A stretch of DNA of 64,000 nt, taken from the sequence record OQ411014.1. One strand, given 5' to 3'. The notes under the pieces were generated by a model. That model did not search any database. It worked only from the letters and a program-made list of their open reading frames with translations, and was not told the origin of the DNA. Below are positions 19,102-28,710 of this stretch, one piece after another. A program made the position numbers and the translations under genes. How positions within the stretch are numbered: position 1 is the stretch's first letter; the number at the start of each line of letters is the position of its first letter.

Positions 19102-19191
19102 AGAAGGTTGGCAGAGCGGCTAAATGCACTCGCCTACTAAGCGAGCACTCGCTCCGGCGAGTCGAGGGTTCGAATCCCCCACCTTCTGCCA
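19102..19191 (+). tRNA. tRNA-Ser(ACT), unusual A34 anticodon
   Basis: agaaggt/accttct, ctcgc-ct-act-aa-gcgag, long variable arm actcgc/gcgagt, G73-CCA. Confidence 0.88.
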
Positions 19192-19204
19192 TATTAGGAT
19201 TTCA

Positions 19205-19594
19205 ATGATGACAATGCATGTGTACGATGAGTATGAAGAACGTATAAAACATGAAATCCAAAGTTATTTGGATGGTGTCAATAAAAAATTGAAATACAGT
19301 TCGGGTAAACGTTTTCAATCATTCACCCTAGAATACATGGATTGTGATGATTATAAACAACGCAGAATAACTATAAAAATTGCAGTTGATCCGAAGTTTA
19401 GTTGTGTGCATTCATCTTTACAGATAGATTCCACTTTTGGTGAAGATGAAGATCAATACTGGAGTGGTTTTTCCTATATACCAGAAAGTGAAGAAAAGCA
19501 CTTTCAAGAAACGTTACTCAATAAACAGATTTTAAGCTGGGATTTATTGCAGTACTTGATTGTTTTCTTCACTAAAATGCAAAATAAAGATTGA
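19205..19594 (+). CDS. family A protein
   Basis: AGGA RBS at about 19196; SEEKHFQETLL. Confidence 0.7.
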   Translation: MMTMHVYDEYEERIKHEIQSYLDGVNKKLKYSSGKRFQSFTLEYMDCDDYKQRRITIKIAVDPKFSCVHSSLQIDSTFGEDEDQYWSGFSYIPESEEKHFQETLLNKQILSWDLLQYLIVFFTKMQNKD

Positions 19595-19619
19595 CTGTAC
19601 TGTAATGAACTAGTATTAT
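19591..19619 (+). promoter_or_regulatory. sigma70 promoter TTGACT-17-TATTAT
   Basis: Near consensus; overlaps upstream stop codon. Confidence 0.75.
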
Positions 19620-19641
19620 ATTACTTAGAGGATATAAAAAC

Positions 19642-20001
19642 ATGGCAGTTCAGGATTTTTCAAAATATGAAAAGTTTCTTAGAACATTTTTGAATTCCAA
19701 ATTAACATCTTACGATGCAGCACATAGTGAAGATAAACCAGCACGTCGCATTGTAAATGAAAATCAAGATTCATTTATTATTACTAATGATGAAATTATT
19801 TTTGAATCATTTGAAGATATAAAAAGACCTGCAAAACCAACTTTACAAGATATCGTAAATAGCTTAAATGCTAGATACATTACCTTTCAGTTGTGTAATG
19901 ATGAAGAAGATGAATTTCAGAAAAGTACAGTATATGAGAATATCTTTCCACATGAATTAAATTCTGTTATACTTGATATACTGAATAGTACTGAACAGTA
20001 G
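19642..20001 (+). CDS. family A protein
   Basis: DEEDEFQKSTVYE. Confidence 0.7.
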   Translation: MAVQDFSKYEKFLRTFLNSKLTSYDAAHSEDKPARRIVNENQDSFIITNDEIIFESFEDIKRPAKPTLQDIVNSLNARYITFQLCNDEEDEFQKSTVYENIFPHELNSVILDILNSTEQ

Positions 20002-20028
20002 ATATCAGTACTGATAAAAGGGTAACAC

Positions 20029-20238
20029 ATGAAAGCACGAGAACTTGCTAAAATTCTGATGGATAATCCCGAAGCTGAAGTTGTTTTGAATGATAATGAA
20101 TCAAATTATCAATTTTCACATATTGCCTGTACTGAAACTTTTTATAAAGATTCGTATGCTGAATCTTGGCAAAACGATGATAACAAAACTATTTCAGAAA
20201 ATGAAAAATTCAAAGTTGATGTAATAGTTTTGTACTGA
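20029..20238 (+). CDS. family B protein
   Basis: MKARELAKILMDNPEAEVVL. Confidence 0.65.
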   Translation: MKARELAKILMDNPEAEVVLNDNESNYQFSHIACTETFYKDSYAESWQNDDNKTISENEKFKVDVIVLY

Positions 20239-20244
20239 TATAAT
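20216..20244 (+). promoter_or_regulatory. sigma70 promoter TTGATG-17-TATAAT
   Basis: Near consensus, upstream of a non-coding stretch and tRNAs. Confidence 0.65.
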
Positions 20245-20250
20245 GAATTC

Positions 20251-20440
20251 CACAATCAGACGTATATGGTGTAAGTTACGTCGATGTAATCCAGAACAAG
20301 ATCTCTGGTACTCTAGGAAGTGGTGAATGTTAACCTAGACGGGTTTGATAATTGGACGATAGGCAATTATTACTTGACTAGCAGGTTTAAACTAGAGGTG
20401 ACAGTCCTTCACCAAACTGGAAAACCGGATGGACTTTTTA
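20251..20440 (+). ncRNA. candidate ~190 nt structured RNA upstream of tRNA-Ser(GCT)
   Basis: No ORF; several hairpins, possible pseudoknot, ends agtcc/ggact plus T-tract. Confidence 0.45.
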
Positions 20441-20445
20441 ATTTA

Positions 20446-20540
<95 letters not shown>

Positions 20541-20607
20541 TATTGTTCCGAAAAGAATCGAGTTCTAAGATTTGTGATAACTTGTCTTAGTATAAGATTT
20601 TGTGTAA

Positions 20608-20686
<79 letters not shown>

Positions 20687-20695
20687 TCCAAATTC

Positions 20696-20769
20696 GGCCC
20701 TTTAGCTCAGTTGGTTAGAGCAGAGAACTCATAATTCTTTGGTCACTGGTTCGAGTCCAGTAGGGGCCA
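20696..20769 (+). tRNA. tRNA-Ile2(CAT, presumably lysidine); Met not excluded; CCA not encoded
   Basis: Acceptor ggccctt/aggggcc and body closely resemble enterobacterial ileX; loop ct-cat-aa. Confidence 0.85.
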
Positions 20770-20785
20770 TTAACAAGGAAACAAA

Positions 20786-20971
20786 ATGCAACTTTTCATT
20801 CTTTCTGTATTGTATATTATGATAATGATTCCATTATCAATACGTCTAATTGCAGTAGAGGGATTTTTATCGAAACATGGACATAGATCTATGATCTTAG
20901 TTCCTATTGGTTTGATACTGTTTGGTATTGTTGCATTTATCATGGGAATTAAAGCTGCATTCTTTTCATAG
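20786..20971 (+). CDS. small membrane protein
   Basis: AAGGA RBS; 2 TM. Confidence 0.65.
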   Translation: MQLFILSVLYIMIMIPLSIRLIAVEGFLSKHGHRSMILVPIGLILFGIVAFIMGIKAAFFS

Positions 20972-20980
20972 GAAACAACA

Positions 20981-21238
20981 ATGACATATTTCTTGATTCA
21001 AAGCGATGCGGATGATGAAGTAATCGCAAAAACTAAAATCGATATTGATAACTACCGTACAGTACTGGAAGCTATTCACTACTATGATGTGCGTTTACCA
21101 AGCAATGTCAACGAAATCAAAAACTGGATTGAACTGGGTGAATACAAAATTGAATCTTTATCCATTTCAGGTGATGAGTTAGAAGAAGATGGTTTCCTTA
21201 CAGAAACTATGTACTTGACTATTGAAAACGAGTTCTAA
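20981..21238 (+). CDS. acidic hypothetical protein
   Basis: AGGA RBS. Confidence 0.65.
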   Translation: MTYFLIQSDADDEVIAKTKIDIDNYRTVLEAIHYYDVRLPSNVNEIKNWIELGEYKIESLSISGDELEEDGFLTETMYLTIENEF

Positions 21239-21255
21239 CTCACGGGGAATAACGA

Positions 21256-21507
21256 ATGTTATCAGTATATGTTGTAATATCAATGTCGATTGTCATTTCA
21301 CTTATTCTCATGGTTATCATTTACGATACACTGGTAACACTTAACATCGTTGATGGTACACGTATCAGTACTGGACTATTCGGTTGGCATGTGTTAGCAT
21401 TCATGCTTTCATTTCTACCATTTATCAATCTAGTATGGTTGATGGTTATTATCGTCCATATCCGAAACATGCGTAAAGACACTGGGAAATCAAATGAAAA
21501 AGAATGA
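21256..21507 (+). CDS. small membrane protein
   Basis: GGGG RBS; 2 TM. Confidence 0.65.
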   Translation: MLSVYVVISMSIVISLILMVIIYDTLVTLNIVDGTRISTGLFGWHVLAFMLSFLPFINLVWLMVIIVHIRNMRKDTGKSNEKE

Positions 21508-21895
21508 CTTGATCAAAATGCTCCAAGAGATTGACGGCAATCCAGAGATTGTTATTTGGAATGGCTATGTCGATGATTATATGAACATCGAAAAAGGCTT
21601 GACTAAAATCACTCTAGTCAAAGAAACTGAACAGTTCCTTCTGAACGCATTAGAACACGAATGGTGCGAACGTAACAAGACATTCGACATACCAGAAGAC
21701 CAACGAACTAAGATTGCTGAACGGGCAAAAGAACTTCATAAGAAACGTGAATACGATTTCCAGAACCCATATGTTACTGAAGAAGAATTCAATCACTGGT
21801 ACGGAAAGAAAAAGTTGACAAAGTATGTCCTTTCACCTAAACTACGTGGTAAGACTTCACTTGGTGTATTCAACGCTTCTGACTTGGACTACTAA
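21494..21895 (+). CDS. family B-like protein
   Basis: MKKNDLIKMLQEIDGNPEIVI. Confidence 0.7.
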   Translation: MKKNDLIKMLQEIDGNPEIVIWNGYVDDYMNIEKGLTKITLVKETEQFLLNALEHEWCERNKTFDIPEDQRTKIAERAKELHKKREYDFQNPYVTEEEFNHWYGKKKLTKYVLSPKLRGKTSLGVFNASDLDY

Positions 21896-21906
21896 GGAAA
21901 AATAAA

Positions 21907-22227
21907 ATGATGTGGTATTCTAACGTACCGTGTGAACCTAAATATATTCAGATTTCACATAATGCACTGAAAGCGTTCTGTGATAATTGCAGTACTAAAG
22001 ATTATCACTTCGAAGACTTCAGAACGTTGATTTATGACCATCACTGTCAGCCAGCAACCAAAGATGGTATGTTTGTAATTGAACAATTCTTTCATGGTAA
22101 AGTATTGCAAATTGTTGCTGATTATCTGAAAGCAATGGGATATATTATCAAAGATGATTATCTTGATTTGGAAGGTGAATGCATTGTTGATGGTTATGAT
22201 GGTGTACTGATGAATTGGACATGGTGA
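21907..22227 (+). CDS. hypothetical protein
   Basis: AAGGA RBS. Confidence 0.65.
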   Translation: MMWYSNVPCEPKYIQISHNALKAFCDNCSTKDYHFEDFRTLIYDHHCQPATKDGMFVIEQFFHGKVLQIVADYLKAMGYIIKDDYLDLEGECIVDGYDGVLMNWTW

Positions 22228-22231
22228 TGAA

Positions 22232-22534
22232 ATGATTGCAACAATGATGATTGTACTTATCCCAATAGTACTAGTAATTCTAGTTACTTCATATGGTGCA
22301 ACCACAACTATTGAAGATCTAAAAACACATTACGCTATCGTCTTTAGTGAAGCACATGAAGACTTTGGTACAGTACTGACCGATAAGACTTATATTGCAA
22401 CTAAATGTAAGTACTACCGATTCTGGGAACGTTCTGACAAATACCACTACAGAGATGAGAAAGGCGTGAATCAGTACTTAGACGTACTGGATGCATTCTT
22501 GAAACCTTACTATACAGTAACCGAGGTAAAATAA
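22232..22534 (+). CDS. N-terminally anchored membrane protein
   Basis: Hydrophobic N-terminus. Confidence 0.6.
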   Translation: MIATMMIVLIPIVLVILVTSYGATTTIEDLKTHYAIVFSEAHEDFGTVLTDKTYIATKCKYYRFWERSDKYHYRDEKGVNQYLDVLDAFLKPYYTVTEVK

Positions 22535-22535
22535 C

Positions 22536-22751
22536 GTGAAAGCTAAAGATTTGATTTCAATTTTACAGAAAAACCCAGAAGCAGATATTCTTATTCATGC
22601 TTCGCCTTATGATGACTATGCGATTGGTAGTTGCGAAACTGCTCATTCATATCAAGCAGGGGACACCGCTGTTGAAGAGTCTGGTGAAGATTTTTCGGAT
22701 TCATTTGATGAAGATGGAAAACTCTTAGTACCAGTCATCATCCTCTCATAA
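22536..22751 (+). CDS. family B protein (GTG start)
   Basis: GAGG RBS; MKAKDLISILQKNPEADILI. Confidence 0.65.
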   Translation: MKAKDLISILQKNPEADILIHASPYDDYAIGSCETAHSYQAGDTAVEESGEDFSDSFDEDGKLLVPVIILS

Positions 22752-22840
22752 AAGAACGAAATGTAGACGGTCGTATTCAGTACTGAGTCACCAGGGGAGG
22801 TTGTGATTCCCGATTCAGTAGCTTATAAAGCAGTTCCGTG

Positions 22841-22941
<101 letters not shown>

Positions 22942-22960
22942 AGAGGTACTTCGAGTATGC

Positions 22961-23087
<127 letters not shown>

Positions 23088-23088
23088 A

Positions 23089-23135
<47 letters not shown>

Positions 23136-23232
23136 GTTAGATAAAGGTAAGAGTAAAAAATAATACAGTAAGATAACCTCCCCTCAATGCGAAAGAGTAT
23201 GGAGACTTGTTGGTTATCTTACTTCCTAAATA

Positions 23233-23294
23233 GCCGTTTAGCTCAGTTGGTAGAGCAAACACCTAGGTCGTCTGTTCGAGTCAGATAAACTGCA
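23233..23294 (+). pseudogene. tRNA-like element lacking the anticodon arm
   Basis: Acceptor gccgttt/aaactgc, intact D-arm agctcagttggtagagca and T-arm gtctg-ttcgagt-cagat, only about 7 nt (aacacct) where the anticodon arm belongs. Confidence 0.7.
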
Positions 23295-23311
23295 CAAAAT
23301 AAAGGTACAAT

Positions 23312-23728
23312 ATGGAATACAACATTGTTAAAATGGTGAACTACGTATTAAAAAACAACACATGGTCACTCTATGATGTACAAATAGAAGATATTGGTGA
23401 AGTTAGAGTATTTTGTTATGATCCAGATTTGTATGAAACCACAGATTTGAGTAAATGTTTTAATATTTTTCTTGGTTATGAAATCAATAATCATTTTTAT
23501 TCATTTGATGTGTATTTTGAACGAGTTATAATCAGAATTACTAATGTAGATAATGATTATTTTGACACTGAAATTATATTGAATTTTAACGATATTGATA
23601 CAGAAGAAAAATTCTTCCAGTACTCTTTAGTTAACGACACAATGGGATTGTCATTTGAGGACATTGAAGCTATACTTAAAGTTCAAAGTTCAATTTCAGA
23701 AGAGGTTCTAAATCCGTTAAATGTCTAG
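23312..23728 (+). CDS. family A protein
   Basis: DTEEKFFQYSLVND. Confidence 0.75.
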   Translation: MEYNIVKMVNYVLKNNTWSLYDVQIEDIGEVRVFCYDPDLYETTDLSKCFNIFLGYEINNHFYSFDVYFERVIIRITNVDNDYFDTEIILNFNDIDTEEKFFQYSLVNDTMGLSFEDIEAILKVQSSISEEVLNPLNV

Positions 23729-23933
23729 AACAGTTTACAAGCACAATGGTGTAGTTTACATTACTGACAATGCTGGAACGTGGATTGTTAATAAAGGTAA
23801 TGCACCAAACCCGTACTCAATTGGTAGTGAGTTTTTATTGAAAAGGACATGGATTGCCACAGACAATATGTGCAAGTGCGGTGAGTACAGTACATATGAA
23901 GAAGCAATGAACCGTGTTCGTTCTATTATGTAA
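23721..23933 (+). CDS. hypothetical protein
   Basis: Overlapping ORF in operon. Confidence 0.55.
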   Translation: MSRTVYKHNGVVYITDNAGTWIVNKGNAPNPYSIGSEFLLKRTWIATDNMCKCGEYSTYEEAMNRVRSIM

Positions 23934-23944
23934 TAGGAGATTTT

Positions 23945-24136
23945 ATGATTTGGAATTTAGCATGTTTATTTGGTCGTACATTCGTACTGGCAATTATCCA
24001 CACTCCTGGTATTCGTAATTTCGTTTCGTATGAATTCAAAGAAGCATACCATAACAACACTGAGCCTCGTCTTATTCGTATGAGTAAAGACTTTAACGTT
24101 CCTGTACAAAAATTCAAAAAGTACAGCGACGAATAA
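23945..24136 (+). CDS. small hypothetical protein
   Basis: AGGAG RBS. Confidence 0.6.
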   Translation: MIWNLACLFGRTFVLAIIHTPGIRNFVSYEFKEAYHNNTEPRLIRMSKDFNVPVQKFKKYSDE

Positions 24137-24292
24137 TATAACAAATTTGAACAATTCAATCCGAACTAGTACTGATAGAACAAGCACTTACGGCTGTAAA
24201 CTGGGGTTCAGTACAAACCCCTTCAGGTACAGAGTGCAACAGATTGATGACAAAAGGTATCCTTCGTCACGTTCAACCCATAAGGACAACCC

Positions 24293-24658
24293 ATGAATGT
24301 AAAAGACCTCATGGCGATTTTAACTCGCCTTGACCCTGAAACTGAAGTAGTTATTGACGTTCAGGTTCCATATGACTCAATCGGTCCTACACCTAGTGTA
24401 GCTATCAAACACGCAGTAAAAGGATTTGATTGGGATAATGGTACAGTACGTTTATGTACTGAGCAGAAGTTAGTACTGTTCAATGAAGAGCAATATAAAC
24501 ATTTCTGTGTAATGAAGACTGAAGCTCGTAAAGAACGTTCAGATGCATGGAATAAACTAAACATCAGGAGTATGTCCTATGAAGAGTCCATTGAAGTTTC
24601 TAAGGACATTGATAAAAATGTACACCCTCTATTCAAAGGTTCTTACAATGAAAGATAA
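24293..24658 (+). CDS. family B protein, paralog of 7719-8045
   Basis: MNVKDLMAILTRLDPETEVVI, GFDWD. Confidence 0.7.
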   Translation: MNVKDLMAILTRLDPETEVVIDVQVPYDSIGPTPSVAIKHAVKGFDWDNGTVRLCTEQKLVLFNEEQYKHFCVMKTEARKERSDAWNKLNIRSMSYEESIEVSKDIDKNVHPLFKGSYNER

Positions 24659-24865
24659 GAAATTCAATACAAAACGGTTTATCAGTCCAGAAGTAAAAGC
24701 TCGTCTAATCGAGATGTTGAAAAAGAAATAATCAATAATACCTATCATCTAATATCAGTACTACCAGGCGAGGTTCTACGTTTGCAGTACTGACAGGATA
24801 CCTCGTTCGCCAGTGGTGGGTTCGGGGGATGTACGTAAAGTCGTACTGGGTATGCCAAATGTGAT

Positions 24866-25357
24866 ATGGAGAGAAACATGGAATTAAGTTTAAAGCACCA
24901 GAATGCTCTGAAACGAGTAATGGACCATATCAAAACGAACAAGTCACTTTCTATGAGTACGTATGATTCCTTCCACAAAACAACACAAGTGTGGGCGAGT
25001 GATTCATTCGATAACTCGAAAGATAAAAGTAATTCTTGTATAGAAGATACTGATGGTGTAATATATGTAAATCTAAAGTACTCAAATTTTGAAGAAATGT
25101 ATATGTATATCGACATCAGAGATATGGTGGTTAACATTTCATATGCATATGATGAAGACATTGCTGCATTGAAACATGAATCGGAGATAACAAATGATTA
25201 TTGGTATGCTGATTTCACTGTTCCGATATTTGAAAAAGAAGAAGAATATTTCCAGTACTTAACTACTGAAGAGAATCCTTTGTCTATAGAAGAAAACAAA
25301 ATGTTTATTGATTTTGTTGTTGAATTTTATAAAAGAAAAGAAAAACATATTCGTTGA
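24866..25357 (+). CDS. family A protein
   Basis: KEEEYFQYLTTEE; start may be 24878. Confidence 0.7.
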   Translation: MERNMELSLKHQNALKRVMDHIKTNKSLSMSTYDSFHKTTQVWASDSFDNSKDKSNSCIEDTDGVIYVNLKYSNFEEMYMYIDIRDMVVNISYAYDEDIAALKHESEITNDYWYADFTVPIFEKEEEYFQYLTTEENPLSIEENKMFIDFVVEFYKRKEKHIR

Positions 25358-25398
25358 CACATGACCTGTACTTGAGTATAATCAGTACAGGTTTTTTT
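25354..25398 (+). promoter_or_regulatory. sigma70 promoter TTGACA-17-TATAAT with -10 in the loop of a terminator hairpin
   Basis: acctgtact/agtacaggt plus T7. Confidence 0.8.
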
Positions 25399-25417
25399 AT
25401 TGTCAAAAGGTGAAGAC

Positions 25418-25885
25418 ATGACAGCCCAAACTATAGCAAAGCACTTTCAACAGGAATGTGAAACGTTCAGGACATTTAAAATTGACAACTGGTTAGGTCC
25501 AGATGGTAAGCCAACTGTAGATTTCAATGCTAGTGGTGAAGGAATTACTAATTACTACGCCCCGAACTATAAACCATCTGTAGGTTTAGCACAGACTATA
25601 TACATCGGCAATTATGCAACATCTATTGGTGTAGTTGGTGGTGATGGAACAGGTGATATTGAACTGGATTTGAGTTATTATTACGAAACCAGTACTCTGA
25701 AGATTCACTACAGTTATACTAACGCCAATGACTACGGTCAGATTGAAACGAAAATTAGCGGTACTGAAGAAGATTACTTTCAACAAAGTACAATTCATGA
25801 GAAGCTATTCTCGCTGGAGTTCGAAAAAGAAATGTACGAATTCTTTCAAGAAGTCAAGAAACATTTCGCATATAAATCTAGGTGA
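25418..25885 (+). CDS. family A protein
   Basis: GTEEDYFQQSTIHE. Confidence 0.75.
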   Translation: MTAQTIAKHFQQECETFRTFKIDNWLGPDGKPTVDFNASGEGITNYYAPNYKPSVGLAQTIYIGNYATSIGVVGGDGTGDIELDLSYYYETSTLKIHYSYTNANDYGQIETKISGTEEDYFQQSTIHEKLFSLEFEKEMYEFFQEVKKHFAYKSR

Positions 25886-25888
25886 CAT

Positions 25889-26302
25889 ATGAGTAAGTTA
25901 TTTGAAGAGTTATTAGACATGCTCGTTCAAGGGGCATATGATTTGGGTACGTTCTCTGCTGAAGAACATGCACGGAAATTCCGCTACGGCCTGACTAGTT
26001 CTTCTATGATCGTCGGGACGTACGCAGTGTTTGCACCTGATTCGTCCTTTAGTCTCAAAAGTGAAGCATATACTATTGACAAAGACGTATTGAAACTACC
26101 TAACGGTACTAAGATTCCACACAAAGAGTGCCAAACAGAAGAACAGTACTTCCAATTTAGTTTATTAGAGAATACTCTGGACCTGGAGTACCATGAATAC
26201 GCGTACGTTGTGAAGAAATATAAAACTCTACAATTCACTGCGAATCGCAAGATTTATCATTACAACAATTTATCACATAACAGTTTAGTTGCGAGGTACT
26301 AA
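25889..26302 (+). CDS. family A protein
   Basis: QTEEQYFQFSLLEN. Confidence 0.75.
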   Translation: MSKLFEELLDMLVQGAYDLGTFSAEEHARKFRYGLTSSSMIVGTYAVFAPDSSFSLKSEAYTIDKDVLKLPNGTKIPHKECQTEEQYFQFSLLENTLDLEYHEYAYVVKKYKTLQFTANRKIYHYNNLSHNSLVARY

Positions 26303-26700
26303 TGATGTGGACTATCAATGTAAAATATCAAACTGGGGATAGCTTTGGTTCTTCTGAATCTGAAGATACTATCCCTGTTGTGTGGGAAAACTTGGCATTA
26401 GCTAAAGAAGCACTACAGGCGATCCGTAATCACAACACAGCGGCGAATGAAATCGATAACGCAAGAAACCGTGAAGCAAAAATTGCATCCATGATGAAAT
26501 ACAATGCTGAGTACTGGTTCCTTCCATCAGAGAACCTGACAGGCCAGCACTGGGACTACAACTTAGCAGTACTGAACGATGATCGAATCCCTACTATTAT
26601 TCATGCTTTCTGGCGTGGATACTTTGAGCGTATTATTTGTGCTAAGATTGTGAAGTACACTGAAGATGATGAAGATGATGGTATGGAAATTTATTTCTAG
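26302..26700 (+). CDS. hypothetical phage protein
   Basis: TAATG coupling; Y.TGDSFG motif. Confidence 0.7.
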   Translation: MMWTINVKYQTGDSFGSSESEDTIPVVWENLALAKEALQAIRNHNTAANEIDNARNREAKIASMMKYNAEYWFLPSENLTGQHWDYNLAVLNDDRIPTIIHAFWRGYFERIICAKIVKYTEDDEDDGMEIYF

Positions 26701-26728
26701 TTGACAACGCATTCAGTACTGATATAAT
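26701..26728 (+). promoter_or_regulatory. sigma70 promoter TTGACA-16-TATAAT
   Basis: Consensus hexamers; CAGTACTG abuts -10. Confidence 0.75.
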
Positions 26729-26940
26729 GTCAGTACTTTAACCAACTAAGGGTAATGAAATGCAAAAGCAACGTATAGTGAACGTTCCAAAGGCGAATGA
26801 ACCTAATAACCGTGTGTTAGGGTTCGTGGTCGATTCTTCTAAAATTCCAGTAATGGGTTTATTCGAAGAAGAGTTCGAAGAAGAGTGCATTAACTATCTT
26901 CGTTCTAAGGGTTATGTTATTCAGTCCATAGGGGAATGAT

Positions 26941-27456
26941 ATGTTTTCAATTATGTACAAAGATGAGAATAATCAGCCACAGTACTTAGAGAGTTCCAGA
27001 TTTTACTCTTGGACTGATGATCTCGACGATGCTGCAAAGTTCGCACAAGAGAAGACAGCAGAAAAAGAAGTCAAGAAGATGTACAAAAATGGCTTCGATG
27101 AACAACTCTACGTAGTCTCTGTGAAGTGTGTTGCTATGTCTTTGAATACTGTAAAAATGCCCCCTATGAAGAATGGGTATACTTTCTGGTTGTCTGTTAC
27201 TGAAGAGTTCTATCGTGGTCCTAAGAAAAACTTCGGATTCAGTTCTTTCAGTACTGCGGTAAGTGCATGTACTATATTCAAAACAGAAGAAGAAGCTGAA
27301 AAAACAATGCAAGAATATATTCAGTTCTTGCAGGATTGTTATAATATGTATAAAACAACTTCACCTTCGTATAAAGTATATAAAGATACATATGATAAAG
27401 AATCAGTACAGCTTCGTGTTGTGAAAATTGTTGATGGGAAAATGCACAATGCGTAA
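26941..27456 (+). CDS. hypothetical protein
   Basis: GGGG RBS; two similar A..F..E..AEK segments. Confidence 0.7.
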   Translation: MFSIMYKDENNQPQYLESSRFYSWTDDLDDAAKFAQEKTAEKEVKKMYKNGFDEQLYVVSVKCVAMSLNTVKMPPMKNGYTFWLSVTEEFYRGPKKNFGFSSFSTAVSACTIFKTEEEAEKTMQEYIQFLQDCYNMYKTTSPSYKVYKDTYDKESVQLRVVKIVDGKMHNA

Positions 27457-27937
27457 AATTCATCACAAGATGAAACCCTTCTGGAAAGAAGTTGATGGGC
27501 TGGTGGAGTACTTAGTGTACTACCATGCATTTGGTTCCGTCTATGAACGACAAGGCTTGAAGGACCGTTCCATCTGTATCAATAAATCCAAATCGTACTT
27601 CATTTCATTTCAGTACGATAACTTATTGTACATGATTCTTTACAGCCTGAAGAACCCGAATGTGTTTTCTATTGAGATTGCAGATACATGGGACAAAACA
27701 TCATATTCTACACTATATGATTTCACTGTACCAGTACTGCTAACTGAAGAAGAACTGTTCAGTAAAGCATTGACGCAAGACATTGCGGAGTATAGTATTG
27801 AATTGCATAAGGAAGTATATAATTACTTCATGTACGTTCACACTATGCTTGGGGTTGGTCAGTTGAAAGATATGGACCCAATCACACCGCACATCCAGTC
27901 AGTACTGGATTCTGTAAAAGATTTGAAGAAGTGTTGA
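27449..27937 (+). CDS. family A protein
   Basis: LTEEELFSKALTQD. Confidence 0.7.
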   Translation: MRKIHHKMKPFWKEVDGLVEYLVYYHAFGSVYERQGLKDRSICINKSKSYFISFQYDNLLYMILYSLKNPNVFSIEIADTWDKTSYSTLYDFTVPVLLTEEELFSKALTQDIAEYSIELHKEVYNYFMYVHTMLGVGQLKDMDPITPHIQSVLDSVKDLKKC

Positions 27938-27962
27938 CATAGGGGGAATCTTCCCCTATAAT
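27934..27962 (+). promoter_or_regulatory. sigma70 promoter TTGACA-17-TATAAT with hairpin in the spacer
   Basis: tagggg/ccccta fills the spacer. Confidence 0.8.
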
Positions 27963-27989
27963 TAATTCATACAAAACGCAGAGGTTAAC

Positions 27990-28691
27990 ATGGACATTAC
28001 TGATTCTTTAATTGTGGTATTACGTAATCACATACAAAAGCACTTCAATAGGACTGAAATTAGAAATTTCAATTATGAACTATCTGAATGCACCAAGCTG
28101 CAATTTGTACACGAAGAACCATTTAAGGTTATTAGTGTAGCATTTGTTTCCGAAGGTGGGTGTACACAGCATCCGTTCTTTGAGTTCGAGGACAAATACT
28201 TAAAGAGTGCATTTAGCTATGAAGATACTATTTCAATTGAAACATCAAGGATTGCACCAATTCATATAGAAACGATTCCGTGGAGTCGATTACTTGATGC
28301 ACCTGCAATTCAATGCGAACCTGACTGGGTGGGACTTAGTATTGAAGTAATATCGTACATTCAATATCCTACGTCAGACGATTATGGATTTGCTCTTGAT
28401 GCGTACCTATTACAATGTACTGATTTGAAGATGAAAACAGTACTGAAGACTTCCAGAAAGCGAACTGACCTGATATACTATAAGGATGAGATTATAGCTA
28501 TCATGTCCGGTACTGGATCATATGGGATGCGTTATACAGTACTCAGTACTGATAGAGATAAGTTCACTGAAATGATACATACAATCATTACAGAATCCAA
28601 AGCTGAAGATTACAAAATTCCAATTGAACATACGAAAGTGATTGACTTCACCCAAGACCCTGATGTATACTTTCATGTACCAGGTTTATAA
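27990..28691 (+). CDS. hypothetical protein
   Basis: GAGG RBS; 233 aa. Confidence 0.75.
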   Translation: MDITDSLIVVLRNHIQKHFNRTEIRNFNYELSECTKLQFVHEEPFKVISVAFVSEGGCTQHPFFEFEDKYLKSAFSYEDTISIETSRIAPIHIETIPWSRLLDAPAIQCEPDWVGLSIEVISYIQYPTSDDYGFALDAYLLQCTDLKMKTVLKTSRKRTDLIYYKDEIIAIMSGTGSYGMRYTVLSTDRDKFTEMIHTIITESKAEDYKIPIEHTKVIDFTQDPDVYFHVPGL

Positions 28692-28710
28692 ACAAACATA
28701 GGAACAGAAA

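Noticed and set aside
19102-19191. Amber suppressor tRNA (CTA) and stop-codon reassignment
   Set aside because: The 7 nt loop CTACTAA places ACT at 34-36. Genes ending in TAG are followed by genes with their own RBS, and family A lengths are consistent, so the standard code fits.
19124-19204. N-terminal extension of the 19124-19594 ORF
   Set aside because: Overlaps tRNA-Ser(ACT); the RBS supports a start at 19205.
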